From Candidatus Kuenenia stuttgartensis (GTDB taxonomy: Bacteria; Planctomycetota; Brocadiia; Brocadiales; Brocadiaceae), in contig NZ_LT934425.1 in assembly GCF_900232105.1 (NCBI RefSeq), forward strand, positions 3,120,001 through 3,152,000: DNA of 32,000 nucleotides, read 5' to 3'. Position numbers and translations under genes: made by a program. Below are positions 1 through 9,202 of this stretch, piece after piece. Each line of letters opens with the position of its first letter. The stretch's first letter is position 1. The notes beneath the pieces are model-generated. The model did no database searches and was not told where the DNA came from. It was given only the letters and a program-made list of their open reading frames with translations.

Positions 1-1779
1 CAAGGCAGAATACATTGCAACAAAGAAGGCAACGCCTATCTGACAATCAATATTTGTATTTAGTAAGTCTACACCTTCCACATGAAAATCTGTTGTATCT
101 ATATCTCTTCCAATTCCGAACTCAACTTTATGGCTTTTAAGATAATCAAAAGCCCTTGATAGGGAGTCTTTCATCGACTTGCTCAGTCCTCCTGAACTTT
201 TTAGCTTTCCCGTACCGGCCGATATACCTACCTCTATTCGATAGAGTGCTGCTCTACCATCAGTGCCGACAAATGTCGTATATGCGCTTCCCGGTGGTAA
301 CGGATCTGTGGAGATAAGATCACGTCCCCCTTCTTCTGGAACACCGACAAACCGCTCTTCCCGTATCTCCTGATCGATATATGAAAAGCTGGTATGGCTA
401 TACTCATAAGAGAGCATTTTCTTCAATTGCTCTTTTACCCGACGCCTGCATTCCAATGCAATTTTCAGGTACTCTTCTAATTCTTCTTTAATGAATTCCC
501 CGTTAGGGTGTAGCAGTTTAAGAAAGCCTGATACTGTCTTTCGTACAGCTTTGGAATCTCTGGCATTAAGGTGGGTTCCCAGAGCGAAGTATTTATCAAC
601 GGATTCTGTGAAATTCGCCTTGCGGAGTTCTCTGAACGCTTCAGCGAGGTAATCAACCACAAAGCCATAGTGATCAGTGAACATCTCCGCGGACATCTTT
701 GCTATTTCCCACCCTGGAAGATAGAAATGCAATCTATCTATTAAGGCCGGATCTTTGAGTCCGTCAGGAAATGGTTGAAATAGATGGCTCGATTTGACTA
801 GAATGTCAACTGGCTGATTAATGTTTCCTAACATACAAACACTTGCTTTTGCAGATATCTCTTCCCGGCCACGACTGAAAGAGCCAGATTCAAGATAATC
901 CTTCATGATATCCACGACATAGTTATCATCAAGGTTAATCCCGCCTACCTCATCAAACGCAACCACATCCCAAAGTCCTACCAACCCAACCTTTCTGGTG
1001 CTCATGTTGTAAAACATGTTTGCTACCGTTGTTTTTCCGCCACTAATTAAAATGGCATAGGGTGTTGTCTCTCTGTATACAAAGGACTTCCCTGTACCTC
1101 GTGGCCCTAATTCAACAAAATTATAGTTTGTTTCGACCATCGGGATGAGTCTTGATAAGTAGAGCCGCTTAATACGTTTGTCCATTCCCGCTGGTTCCAG
1201 GCCTATAGAACGAATCAGAAGATCAATCCATTCTTCTGTTGTGAACCCGGAACGCCCAGCCAGATACTCATTGTGATCATACGAAGCAAGCTGAATCGGA
1301 TTAATTTTCGTTATCCAGAAAGGACTTCTTTTACCCCTCTGTTCCTCATCGTAGCGATAAATCATTTCAACCTGTGCCCAGATACCGCCTTCAAGAAGCC
1401 GTTCATATTGTTTTACAAAGTTATCTGGAATATGGATTTGAGTATTGCTGAAATTCACAAGCTCTGCCCAGTATTTATCCTCGCTGGCGAGAAGCCGGAC
1501 TTTTACCTTATCAATGAAGGTGTAGCTCCCCTTCTCTTTTACCCATGATTGTGCCTTATTAGCTTCATCTGGATTAATGAAGTTTTTTGCCAGAGTATTA
1601 TTAACCAGGCGTAGCCCTGACTCAATTGCCTGTGTGTCGTCTGTTGCGCAGTATTTTCCCAGCAAAAACTCAAGCACATAGACAGGCACATTCGCGCCAA
1701 CCTTCACCTTCCTTACGAGGTCTTTGCGAACAACTTTACCTCCAAAAAACTCATTTGTTTTTTTGTCAAGGATTGCCAT
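1..1779 (-). CDS. brxL: BrxL, BREX Lon-like protease/AAA ATPase (C-terminus truncated by window edge)
   Basis: Open minus-strand frame from ATG at 1779 (MAILDKKTNEFFGGKVVRKDLVRKVKVGANVPVYVLEFLLGKYC...) to the window edge; not in the supplied track because it is incomplete. Contains Walker A FVELGPRGTGKSFVYRE, a VVAFDEVGG acidic motif, and a Lon-like end DFHVEGVDLLN...GVAFFVAMYSAL. Directly downstream of pglZ. Confidence 0.93.
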   Translation of the reverse strand, partial: MAILDKKTNEFFGGKVVRKDLVRKVKVGANVPVYVLEFLLGKYCATDDTQAIESGLRLVNNTLAKNFINPDEANKAQSWVKEKGSYTFIDKVKVRLLASEDKYWAELVNFSNTQIHIPDNFVKQYERLLEGGIWAQVEMIYRYDEEQRGKRSPFWITKINPIQLASYDHNEYLAGRSGFTTEEWIDLLIRSIGLEPAGMDKRIKRLYLSRLIPMVETNYNFVELGPRGTGKSFVYRETTPYAILISGGKTTVANMFYNMSTRKVGLVGLWDVVAFDEVGGINLDDNYVVDIMKDYLESGSFSRGREEISAKASVCMLGNINQPVDILVKSSHLFQPFPDGLKDPALIDRLHFYLPGWEIAKMSAEMFTDHYGFVVDYLAEAFRELRKANFTESVDKYFALGTHLNARDSKAVRKTVSGFLKLLHPNGEFIKEELEEYLKIALECRRRVKEQLKKMLSYEYSHTSFSYIDQEIREERFVGVPEEGGRDLISTDPLPPGSAYTTFVGTDGRAALYRIEVGISAGTGKLKSSGGLSKSMKDSLSRAFDYLKSHKVEFGIGRDIDTTDFHVEGVDLLNTNIDCQIGVAFFVAMYSAL

Positions 1780-1790
1780 GTGTATTCCCT

Positions 1791-4349
1791 CTAAATAATT
1801 AGGTTGACTACTATATTTTCTAGCCGCGCAAGTTCCACCAATGTTTCAGCATCCACTAAAACCAAATATAGAACATTCTGAGCAGGTTCTCCCGTAAGCA
1901 TTATTGTCACGAGGTTTGGTTTGTTCTGTTCCAAAATGATGTCCTTTGTTCCATCTTCGTATCCATATACTGCATGAACTGCCTCACCTACATCATTCTT
2001 GCCAGATTTTACCGCCACTCGTACCCGTTTCTTTGTTTCCGAAGTTCCCAGAAGTTTCCGTTTAGCAGGCGATTTCCAAACAAGCTGTACAGAGAAAAGC
2101 CTGTTCGTGATTTTTGCTTTTTCCAAAATTATCTTGATTTCTGGCGCCGTTGGTAACGGTACAACTTCAGTTTTAGTGATTTTGATGATTGGAACAACCA
2201 TCTCTTGTAACGATATTCCGCCATGGAAATACGGATTCTCTGGTCCTTTAACCATAAAACATGCGATTCTACGTGGGAATACCAAATCGTAATTGCCAGA
2301 GAGTCCAACATCGCTTTCTTTAAAACGTATATACGCATTACTTGCCTGTCCGCCATTCCCAATCCATGCTCTACGATGAAGTGCGAGTTCTTCTCCGCCT
2401 GGTTTCTGTATCTTATTGCTTGGTTCGATTTCGTCTAGAAATATATAACCATGATCAGCAGTAACTATAAAGGTATCAACACCCAGTACCGATAAATTCA
2501 CTATGGCTCTGCGAATCTGCTCTAAAATGTCCTGCATGGTTCGATGTGCCAGCGTTGTATTCCCCCGTTCACATATCTCATCGATTTCCTGTGAAGTAAC
2601 CAATATAAAATTGCTTGCGGCAATCTGATCTTTAAGTTTTTTACGTGGTTTCTGAAGCGCCTCAATTTTTACCTCAACAACTTGTCCTTTTAAGTTTTTT
2701 GTCAGATAGTTTACTCTATCCTGCCGCGTAGTAATTATAGTATCACCGCACCTAACCGCCAATTTACCTTTGTTCTCCAGAATAGCAAAGTTTTCTTCTG
2801 CACCGGGGAGAAGGGATGCCATTCCCATTTCCGTAATTCCTGGGATTGTTGCGATAGCCGGTTTCAATTCGCTGTGAAAATCTGGCCCAAATCCCGATAC
2901 AAGTTCCGCGGCCATTTCATAGCGCAGTGCATCTACCCAGATATATGCTATCTTATGCTTACCAACTAGTGGCTTAACTTCCCTGCTAAAAGTATCGCGT
3001 TGAAGTTGAAAACCAAAGCCAAATTCCGGGAATTCTGAATCCTGTAAAAATTCTGCCAGATCACCAGCCATGTTTGTATAAAATTGCCGTGCTTTGGCAA
3101 TGACCTTTTCAATTGGGCTGTTTTCGTCCGAGAGATCTATATTATATCGCTCATATCTATGTTCCAGTTCACGATGAAACCTATCCAACTCATACCATGG
3201 TAAAGTAGTTCTGCAATAATTCTTAATCAAGTCTTTGGGTAAATATTTTTTACCTTTAAGTTCTTTTTTTATATCCCCGGTTTTGATACAAATACTAACG
3301 ACGGTCTCCAGGATACTCCATTTCAACATAAGCGTTTCTTCGGTACGCGGCCAAAATGAATCTTTTTGCGCATCAACTAATTGAGTAGCTTGAAGTAAAG
3401 CATTTTCTAAAATGAGTTTACAAGCCCAATCTATTAGCTTGCTTTCTGTTGATAAAAATGTCTGGGATTTGACAAGCTTTTCAGGTGGGATAGAGAATGC
3501 CGCAACATTGCATTTCTGATCAACCATCTTTGACACGTCAACATAAGAATCCTTATGCTCAATATCGCTTCGCCATCGCTGGGCAAGTTTTGATGTATTT
3601 TGCTTATGCGATTCCAGTGAAGGAATGTCCATTTGTGATATTACTGATGGAATGCCATCATCATCAATGTTGTTTACTAAATCTCCTAGCAATACATACC
3701 GAACGAACCTTTCCCTGGTCTTGTCAGGAATCTTATCTGTCGTGTCAAAGCCGAATGAGTTTTTGAGAATTGCCTGAAGTTCCTGTATTGCGTTTTTTTT
3801 GACGATATTGTCATCAATTTCCGGTTTTGTTAGAAATAGGTAAGCAATCTCTACCGGATCAATACTTCCGAAGATCAATTTTACCGTTCCTGATCCAATC
3901 TCAGCTCCATGTTCAGCGATACCCTCTACATCATCATAGGTCAGACTACCGGATGCAATCTGTTTGCAGATATTTTCTGCTGCATCTGGCATTATGGGCT
4001 TAAGCACTGCACGTGCTACAACCTCAAGGCGGGTATTCTGATTTATAGACGGATGACCCGGCTCAAGCACACAGCCGGCTTTCTCTATTTCTATAAGGGC
4101 GTTGTCAGTCTCGCTCCTTTCTTTCGCGACATAAACCAGTATTTTTGGTGGTGTTATTCCATCAAGCATCGGTTCTAACTGGTATTTGAGTTCAAAGAAG
4201 CTATCGTTAAAGTTGAACAGTTTTGCACCAGTGTTGAGTGTTTTAACGATCCCCTGATAGTGTTTCTCCGGATCATACCATACCACTATTCCGAAATCCT
4301 TCACCTGCTTTGTTATGAGTTCTTGAAGGTAATCGGTAATCTTACCCAT
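1791..4349 (-). CDS. pglZ: PglZ, BREX alkaline-phosphatase-superfamily protein
   Basis: 852 aa ORF with FGIVVWYDPEKHY at the N-terminus, YIWVDALRYEMAAEL and DTFIVTADHGYIFLDE (PglZ metal-site-type motifs); position between brxC and brxL. Confidence 0.95.
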   Translation of the reverse strand: MGKITDYLQELITKQVKDFGIVVWYDPEKHYQGIVKTLNTGAKLFNFNDSFFELKYQLEPMLDGITPPKILVYVAKERSETDNALIEIEKAGCVLEPGHPSINQNTRLEVVARAVLKPIMPDAAENICKQIASGSLTYDDVEGIAEHGAEIGSGTVKLIFGSIDPVEIAYLFLTKPEIDDNIVKKNAIQELQAILKNSFGFDTTDKIPDKTRERFVRYVLLGDLVNNIDDDGIPSVISQMDIPSLESHKQNTSKLAQRWRSDIEHKDSYVDVSKMVDQKCNVAAFSIPPEKLVKSQTFLSTESKLIDWACKLILENALLQATQLVDAQKDSFWPRTEETLMLKWSILETVVSICIKTGDIKKELKGKKYLPKDLIKNYCRTTLPWYELDRFHRELEHRYERYNIDLSDENSPIEKVIAKARQFYTNMAGDLAEFLQDSEFPEFGFGFQLQRDTFSREVKPLVGKHKIAYIWVDALRYEMAAELVSGFGPDFHSELKPAIATIPGITEMGMASLLPGAEENFAILENKGKLAVRCGDTIITTRQDRVNYLTKNLKGQVVEVKIEALQKPRKKLKDQIAASNFILVTSQEIDEICERGNTTLAHRTMQDILEQIRRAIVNLSVLGVDTFIVTADHGYIFLDEIEPSNKIQKPGGEELALHRRAWIGNGGQASNAYIRFKESDVGLSGNYDLVFPRRIACFMVKGPENPYFHGGISLQEMVVPIIKITKTEVVPLPTAPEIKIILEKAKITNRLFSVQLVWKSPAKRKLLGTSETKKRVRVAVKSGKNDVGEAVHAVYGYEDGTKDIILEQNKPNLVTIMLTGEPAQNVLYLVLVDAETLVELARLENIVVNLII

Positions 4350-4364
4350 GGCGTTACCTCCATT

Positions 4365-7300
4365 TTATTGGAACGATATTTTGTATCCTTCGGCCAGCAT
4401 TTTCATCATCTTTTCCTTAAGTTTTTGCAATGCAATTTCAACGTCTTCTTCTTTCTCAATATATCCTGATATAATTTCGGACGCCCGCAGATATTCGATT
4501 TTGCCAGAATCGGTAAGTTTCTCTATCTGTCGGGCAGCATTATCCTTCATACCCTGAATTGCAAGCAGGTCAGAATCCATCTGATCAATTGTTGCCCTGC
4601 ATTTTTCACAAGCGCAGGTATCTTTGAGCATCGCTTTCTCGCAACAACGTTCGATAAAGGGTGCCAACAATATATTTTGCTCTTCCTCACTCAGGAGAGC
4701 AAAATTAACATGCCCTTTGACAGATTCGATTGCCTTTTCAACCCTTTCTTTGCGATGATCATGCTTCTCGCTATAAGCTTTTATGTATACTGCATAGATC
4801 CCCTGCGTATTTAATCTGATAGCTTCAAGTTTATCATAGAAGTTTTCCGAATTGAGTGCAATTCTAAGCGCTTCTGCCTTCTCATAAACTTCACCATCCA
4901 GTCCCAATTTTTCCAACATTGGTATTATTGTGGAGAGAGCAGCTTTGGCATTTTGGACGTTTTTCATATCTTCATCAGACATGACATCTGCAAGACGGCG
5001 TATTTTCTCTCTTAATTCCTTGTAGGACATGCCCTCCCCGGCAAGTATCTTTACGCAGTCGTCAATGTCACTGTTCAATACACTGTCTATAGTCTGCCTG
5101 AATTCGCTCAGTGTATCTTTAACCGGAAGCCCAAGAGCACTGACCTGAACCTGAAGCGGCAGGAGTATTTCTTTGTCATCTTTTGCTAACTCCTTAAATG
5201 CGGATGCGATTGCTTCTTCTTCGATGTTTACTTCATTTCCGGTTATTTCCTCATAGTGCTTTGCTGCATCTGCACGCATTTTAAGATCAAGCGTTTCGCG
5301 GGGTGCAAACGTCGCTGACTTGAATGCGCGATTGCTGATAAACGGTAATCGTGCATCAGGGTCACTATATCCCCTGTGCCTTACAGCCTGATGGGTTACC
5401 TCAATGGCGCCTCCACGAAAAAGCACTGCAAGCACCAGACGGAGAATGTCGCCTTCCCAGCCATAATCAAATCCCCGAAAATGCTCTTCCAATGAATTTC
5501 CTGTGACCTTAGTACCATACGAGTGTTCATTTTTAATATAGTTGAGAATCTCCTGCGCAATTTCAGCGTTTATGTTCGGTTGATATTTGTTATCGTGTTT
5601 TACCACGAGATTAAGCCCGTCGTCTTTATCATAAAAGATAGATGGCAGTCCTTTTAGATTAGCCGCGGTCAGTATCTTTTCAGGTTCATCTCCCTTAATT
5701 TTCCGGGTACCCATTTCCAATTTTGGGTAGAGTTCCGGCACTGCGGCATCCAACATCCCTGTAATTATTTCTGAGATGGAATTTCCCAACTCGCTTCCAT
5801 CTTTTTCTACACCTCTGAATAACCCGGAGCCTGATTCTATAACTTTTGTGATTTTACTCCGTAAATCCTGATGGATGCGGTTTTCCCGCTGTTTCTCATC
5901 CTCCAAACATGCACTTTGCTCCGGAGAAATTTGATTGTGTGCGCGAATCCTGGAGTAAGTAGCGATCATCTCATTAGACCTGTACTTCTCCTCGATAAGG
6001 CGATAGATATCCTCATTTACCGAAAACACCCAAAATATTTCGTTGTTGTGTGAATCTTGCCGGCTTTGCACACGCAACTGCTGGTTTTTCTCTTTGAAAT
6101 CGTTTTCGTTGTCTGCGATATAGATTGATAACGGTATATCCCCCTCTTCGACTTTCTCGCCGTCTATAAAGAGGCCTACCCTGAAAGTCCTCATGCCCTT
6201 GTAGCTGTATGTGCGGGTCTTTGGGGCGCTGAATATTTCCTTTATACTCTCCTGCTTAATGATGTTCCTCTGTTTTGGTTTTGGAGATAAACTTGCCCGC
6301 TCTGTGTCCCAGTTTTTCTCCTGGACTGTGAGCAGTTTGTAGCCTTCCTCTGATGCCCTTATTATTTGCGCCTTCTCCAGTTCTGTGATAGCGTCCTTTA
6401 CGTCACTCAGAATGGACCCTGAATTAACCGAAGGATGCAAAACAACAGCGATGTTGTGCGCTGTTCTGGGTAGGTTTTTTACTGCTTCCAGGAGTGTAAT
6501 AGCTTTGGTTACCTTAAGTGCCATCTCGTTGTTGTGGATGTGCCTGGCAACACTGTCCACTTCCCGGGTTACTTCCACAGGCAAAAGGCTTCCTGCGTAG
6601 AGTAGCTCATACACCTTGTCCAGAGTCACCAGATTACCTATCTCCTGATCAGCGAGATTTGTCCTTGGATGGATAAGCATTTCCTGTGCTTGCTTTATAA
6701 TTGTTCGGTTACTGCCGCCTATATGCTTCTGTGCCCCGCGTTTTTGTCTGAGTCCTGCGACTATGTCAATACACAGCTCTATTTGATAGGGTAAATACGG
6801 ATAGAGGTTAATAAAATCTTCTTTTGTAATAGTAGTGTTCCTGCTTGTACGTTCCAGCTTGCAATAGGTCTTGAGATGCCCCTCATTTTTGTCAAATAAC
6901 TCACAGAGACTCTCATATCCTTTATCTTTCTTTTCAAGGACGCGTTTTGCTGTAACTTCCTGGATATTGGATTGCTTAAGGTCTATTGGAATGGGGAATC
7001 GGTCTTGCAGACGTGCAAGCTCAATAATCCTCCCCCCCATTGCATCCACGACCTCATTCAGCTTCTCCTGTGATGTTACCACGATCCAACACGGTGCGAC
7101 AATTTGCTTCGCCTTAAACCTGTTTTTGCTTTCCCTGCCAAATGCCTGTACCACTGCCTGTAGATCCAACATCTTCTGGACACTTCGGGATACATACTGT
7201 CCTACTTCATCAATAATAAATACCAATCCAGCGCCGGGTTTGCGTTTGGCCATAAGCTCAAAGGCACGCTCCGCGAGTTTATTGGGTGTGATGTCAGCCC

Positions 7301-8027
7301 TGCCGATGAAGTTTCCGGAATCTTTCTTTATCCCAAGAGAATTTGACCAGCTATCTTCCCGTGGGAAGACGTTCGGCATCATCTTGTACAGGATAGCGCT
7401 GGCCTCAGAGATTCCCATTGCCATATCCCGTTCCTCTTCCCATGTAGCCGGGCTATACTCTTTGTTGAAGAGAGAGACGAATTCCTTAAGTCTGCCTTTG
7501 GCTTCCAGGGTGATTTCAAGCTCCGCCAGATCAAAATCCTCGGCATATCCCAATTCTCTCAGCAGGGCTTTATACATTATTTCCGTGATCTGCTCATTGG
7601 CGGTGCGTACGCCGCGGTCCATGGCGACGTCAAAGATTATGGCGTGAATTGTGAAGCGGGAGTTGATGTTCTGGAGAAAATTGGTGATTTGCTTATCCTG
7701 GACGTTCTCTATAAACCATTGGGAAGCACTCTGTGTTATGATTTTGCGGTTTGCCAGTGTGTAGCCAAGTATCTTGGCAAAGGATGATTTACCAGAACCG
7801 AAAAACCCTGACACCCAGATACCAATACCTTCATGTGGTTCTGAAGGGTATTCAGCAACAGCATTGTACACCTGGCAGAAATGGTCTTTGATGTCCGGGG
7901 TTGCCACGTATTCCTGTATTTCATTTTTAACAGTTCCCTCGTCATGCTGGTCTACCTTTATTACCTCTTCTATCTTACGATAAATATCTTTCCGAAACAG
8001 GTCTTTAATTATTTGCATAGCTATCAT
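4365..8027 (-). CDS. brxC: BrxC, large BREX P-loop ATPase
   Basis: 1220 aa ORF with Walker A GIWVSGFFGSGKSSFAKILGY and Walker B-like GLVFIIDEVGQYV; typical BrxC length and neighbourhood. Confidence 0.95.
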   Translation of the reverse strand: MIAMQIIKDLFRKDIYRKIEEVIKVDQHDEGTVKNEIQEYVATPDIKDHFCQVYNAVAEYPSEPHEGIGIWVSGFFGSGKSSFAKILGYTLANRKIITQSASQWFIENVQDKQITNFLQNINSRFTIHAIIFDVAMDRGVRTANEQITEIMYKALLRELGYAEDFDLAELEITLEAKGRLKEFVSLFNKEYSPATWEEERDMAMGISEASAILYKMMPNVFPREDSWSNSLGIKKDSGNFIGRADITPNKLAERAFELMAKRKPGAGLVFIIDEVGQYVSRSVQKMLDLQAVVQAFGRESKNRFKAKQIVAPCWIVVTSQEKLNEVVDAMGGRIIELARLQDRFPIPIDLKQSNIQEVTAKRVLEKKDKGYESLCELFDKNEGHLKTYCKLERTSRNTTITKEDFINLYPYLPYQIELCIDIVAGLRQKRGAQKHIGGSNRTIIKQAQEMLIHPRTNLADQEIGNLVTLDKVYELLYAGSLLPVEVTREVDSVARHIHNNEMALKVTKAITLLEAVKNLPRTAHNIAVVLHPSVNSGSILSDVKDAITELEKAQIIRASEEGYKLLTVQEKNWDTERASLSPKPKQRNIIKQESIKEIFSAPKTRTYSYKGMRTFRVGLFIDGEKVEEGDIPLSIYIADNENDFKEKNQQLRVQSRQDSHNNEIFWVFSVNEDIYRLIEEKYRSNEMIATYSRIRAHNQISPEQSACLEDEKQRENRIHQDLRSKITKVIESGSGLFRGVEKDGSELGNSISEIITGMLDAAVPELYPKLEMGTRKIKGDEPEKILTAANLKGLPSIFYDKDDGLNLVVKHDNKYQPNINAEIAQEILNYIKNEHSYGTKVTGNSLEEHFRGFDYGWEGDILRLVLAVLFRGGAIEVTHQAVRHRGYSDPDARLPFISNRAFKSATFAPRETLDLKMRADAAKHYEEITGNEVNIEEEAIASAFKELAKDDKEILLPLQVQVSALGLPVKDTLSEFRQTIDSVLNSDIDDCVKILAGEGMSYKELREKIRRLADVMSDEDMKNVQNAKAALSTIIPMLEKLGLDGEVYEKAEALRIALNSENFYDKLEAIRLNTQGIYAVYIKAYSEKHDHRKERVEKAIESVKGHVNFALLSEEEQNILLAPFIERCCEKAMLKDTCACEKCRATIDQMDSDLLAIQGMKDNAARQIEKLTDSGKIEYLRASEIISGYIEKEEDVEIALQKLKEKMMKMLAEGYKISFQ

Positions 8028-8041
8028 GCCTTTATATTAAA

Positions 8042-8419
8042 TTACTTTGCAAAGGATCTTACTATCTCGTTTATGACTTCTGTAATATCTACATTTTTGG
8101 AAGGTAAAACTTCATTTTGAATATGCTTGTGATGTGGATAGGTTTCAATTTCTGTATAATGTTCTGCATTATCATATCTAAAAATTAATTTCTTGTCATG
8201 AGCCTGATAATGATAGGAATAAGCCAGTCTTTTTAAAGCGGGGATAGCAATAAAGTACTCTTTAAAATGCAGTTCACTTTTATCAGCAAATATAATCTCT
8301 CCTTTGACATACAATGCAGCATCGCCTCTATTTTCCGACTGAACATTGGTAAGGAGTTTAAACGGCACATTACTGAGAAATTTATCCAATTGAGCAAGAT
8401 ACTCTTTTATGACTGACAT
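8042..8419 (-). CDS. TumE-like (DUF6516-like) putative toxin of a type II toxin-antitoxin pair
   Basis: 125 aa; ...YSYHYQAHDKKLIFRYDNAEHYTEIETYPHHKHIQNEVLPS... matches the YDNAPH...FPHHKH signature I associate with TumE/DUF6516 proteins. Its start overlaps the 3' end of the upstream 99-aa ORF. Confidence 0.72.
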   Translation of the reverse strand: MSVIKEYLAQLDKFLSNVPFKLLTNVQSENRGDAALYVKGEIIFADKSELHFKEYFIAIPALKRLAYSYHYQAHDKKLIFRYDNAEHYTEIETYPHHKHIQNEVLPSKNVDITEVINEIVRSFAK

Positions 8420-8706
8420 ATCTCAATGTTTTCAATTATTGACAATTTCTGTTTAAGTTCATTTACAAGTTTTTCTTCTGCCCACCAGTTAAAAGTATCA
8501 TCATCCTCTTCAATTTCCCTATTTCTGAACTTTTCAATGAAGACACTCGTAGAAATTCCGTATTTCTCTTCATATTTTTTTGTTTTTGATAAGGACATTT
8601 CAATGGCAAATTTTATTCTTCTTTTTTCCTCTTCCAGCCCTCCGGCCAGAAGTTCCTTAATTGTTTCTGCTTCACCTGAAATACTTTTTACATTTAAAGT
8701 AACCAT
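8407..8706 (-). CDS. Small acidic protein, putative TumA-like antitoxin partner
   Basis: 99 aa (MVTLNVKSISGEAETIKELLAGG...), RBS-like AGAGGTG upstream, 13-nt overlap with the downstream TumE-like ORF. Assignment rests mainly on partner and gene order. Confidence 0.55.
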   Translation of the reverse strand: MVTLNVKSISGEAETIKELLAGGLEEEKRRIKFAIEMSLSKTKKYEEKYGISTSVFIEKFRNREIEEDDDTFNWWAEEKLVNELKQKLSIIENIEICQS

Positions 8707-8793
8707 ATCATATTCACCTCTAAATAATTTTCATTTATTCACTACAATTCATTGGCTCCTGCATGGCAGGACAATAAATGCACAACTAAAAAC

Positions 8794-8828
8794 AGTCACA
8801 AATATGTCATTTGTGACTATCTATTATA
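8794..8828 (-). promoter_or_regulatory. Putative internal promoter/operator upstream of the small two-gene module
   Basis: Minus-strand perfect TATAAT (8828-8823) followed by a 10-bp perfect inverted repeat AGTCACAAAT-atgtc-ATTTGTGACT (8794-8818), about 90-120 bp upstream of the ORF start at 8706. The -35 box is weak. Confidence 0.35.
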
Positions 8829-8884
8829 ATGTTTTCTATAAAAATTTGTGTAAGAAATGGAGAAGAGAGAGAATAAAAGTTTTT

Positions 8885-9142
8885 GTAACGCTTTAGTTTT
8901 TTGTTTTTTGAAAAATCCAAGGGGACATAAAAAACAATGTAGCCCCGTTAGGGGCGATCTGTTTGTAGCACAATAAAATTCAATAGGGTAAATAGCTCCG
9001 TAGGAGCGGCCTGTATATGATTGACAGGAAAACAGGTCGCTCCTGACGGAGCTAATATCTGTTATGGCTCCTATCTTGCTACAAACAGGTTGTTCCTACG
9101 GAGTTTATAGGTAATACCTTTTTCAAAAGACTAAAGTGTTAC
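8885..9142. mobile_element. MITE-like element, 258 bp, inside the BREX operon
   Basis: Imperfect terminal inverted repeats GTAACGCTTTAGTTTTTTG... / ...CAAAAGACTAAAGTGTTAC, flanked by perfect 8-bp direct repeats AAGTTTTT (8877-8884 and 9143-9150). No coding capacity; nested inverted repeats inside. Confidence 0.85.
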
Positions 9143-9202
9143 AAGTTTTTTGATATTTGTTTTTTCCCCCTTTTCCCCTACTTCACCATTCCCCACTTTT
9201 TA

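Noticed and set aside
477-1548. Short ORFs at 477-668 and 1273-1548 as the only coding in the first 1.8 kb
   Set aside because: Both are shadow frames of brxL, which is open from 1779 to the window edge and missing from the track because it is incomplete.
6871-7647. 258-aa plus-strand ORF in the track
   Set aside because: Fully antisense to brxC; composition rich in Ser/Cys/Leu as expected for a shadow frame; no recognisable motif.
8426-8896. 156-aa plus-strand ORF
   Set aside because: Antisense to the 99-aa putative antitoxin and running into the inverted-repeat element; poly-Ser (SSSSSIS, LLFSSSSPP) shadow-frame pattern.
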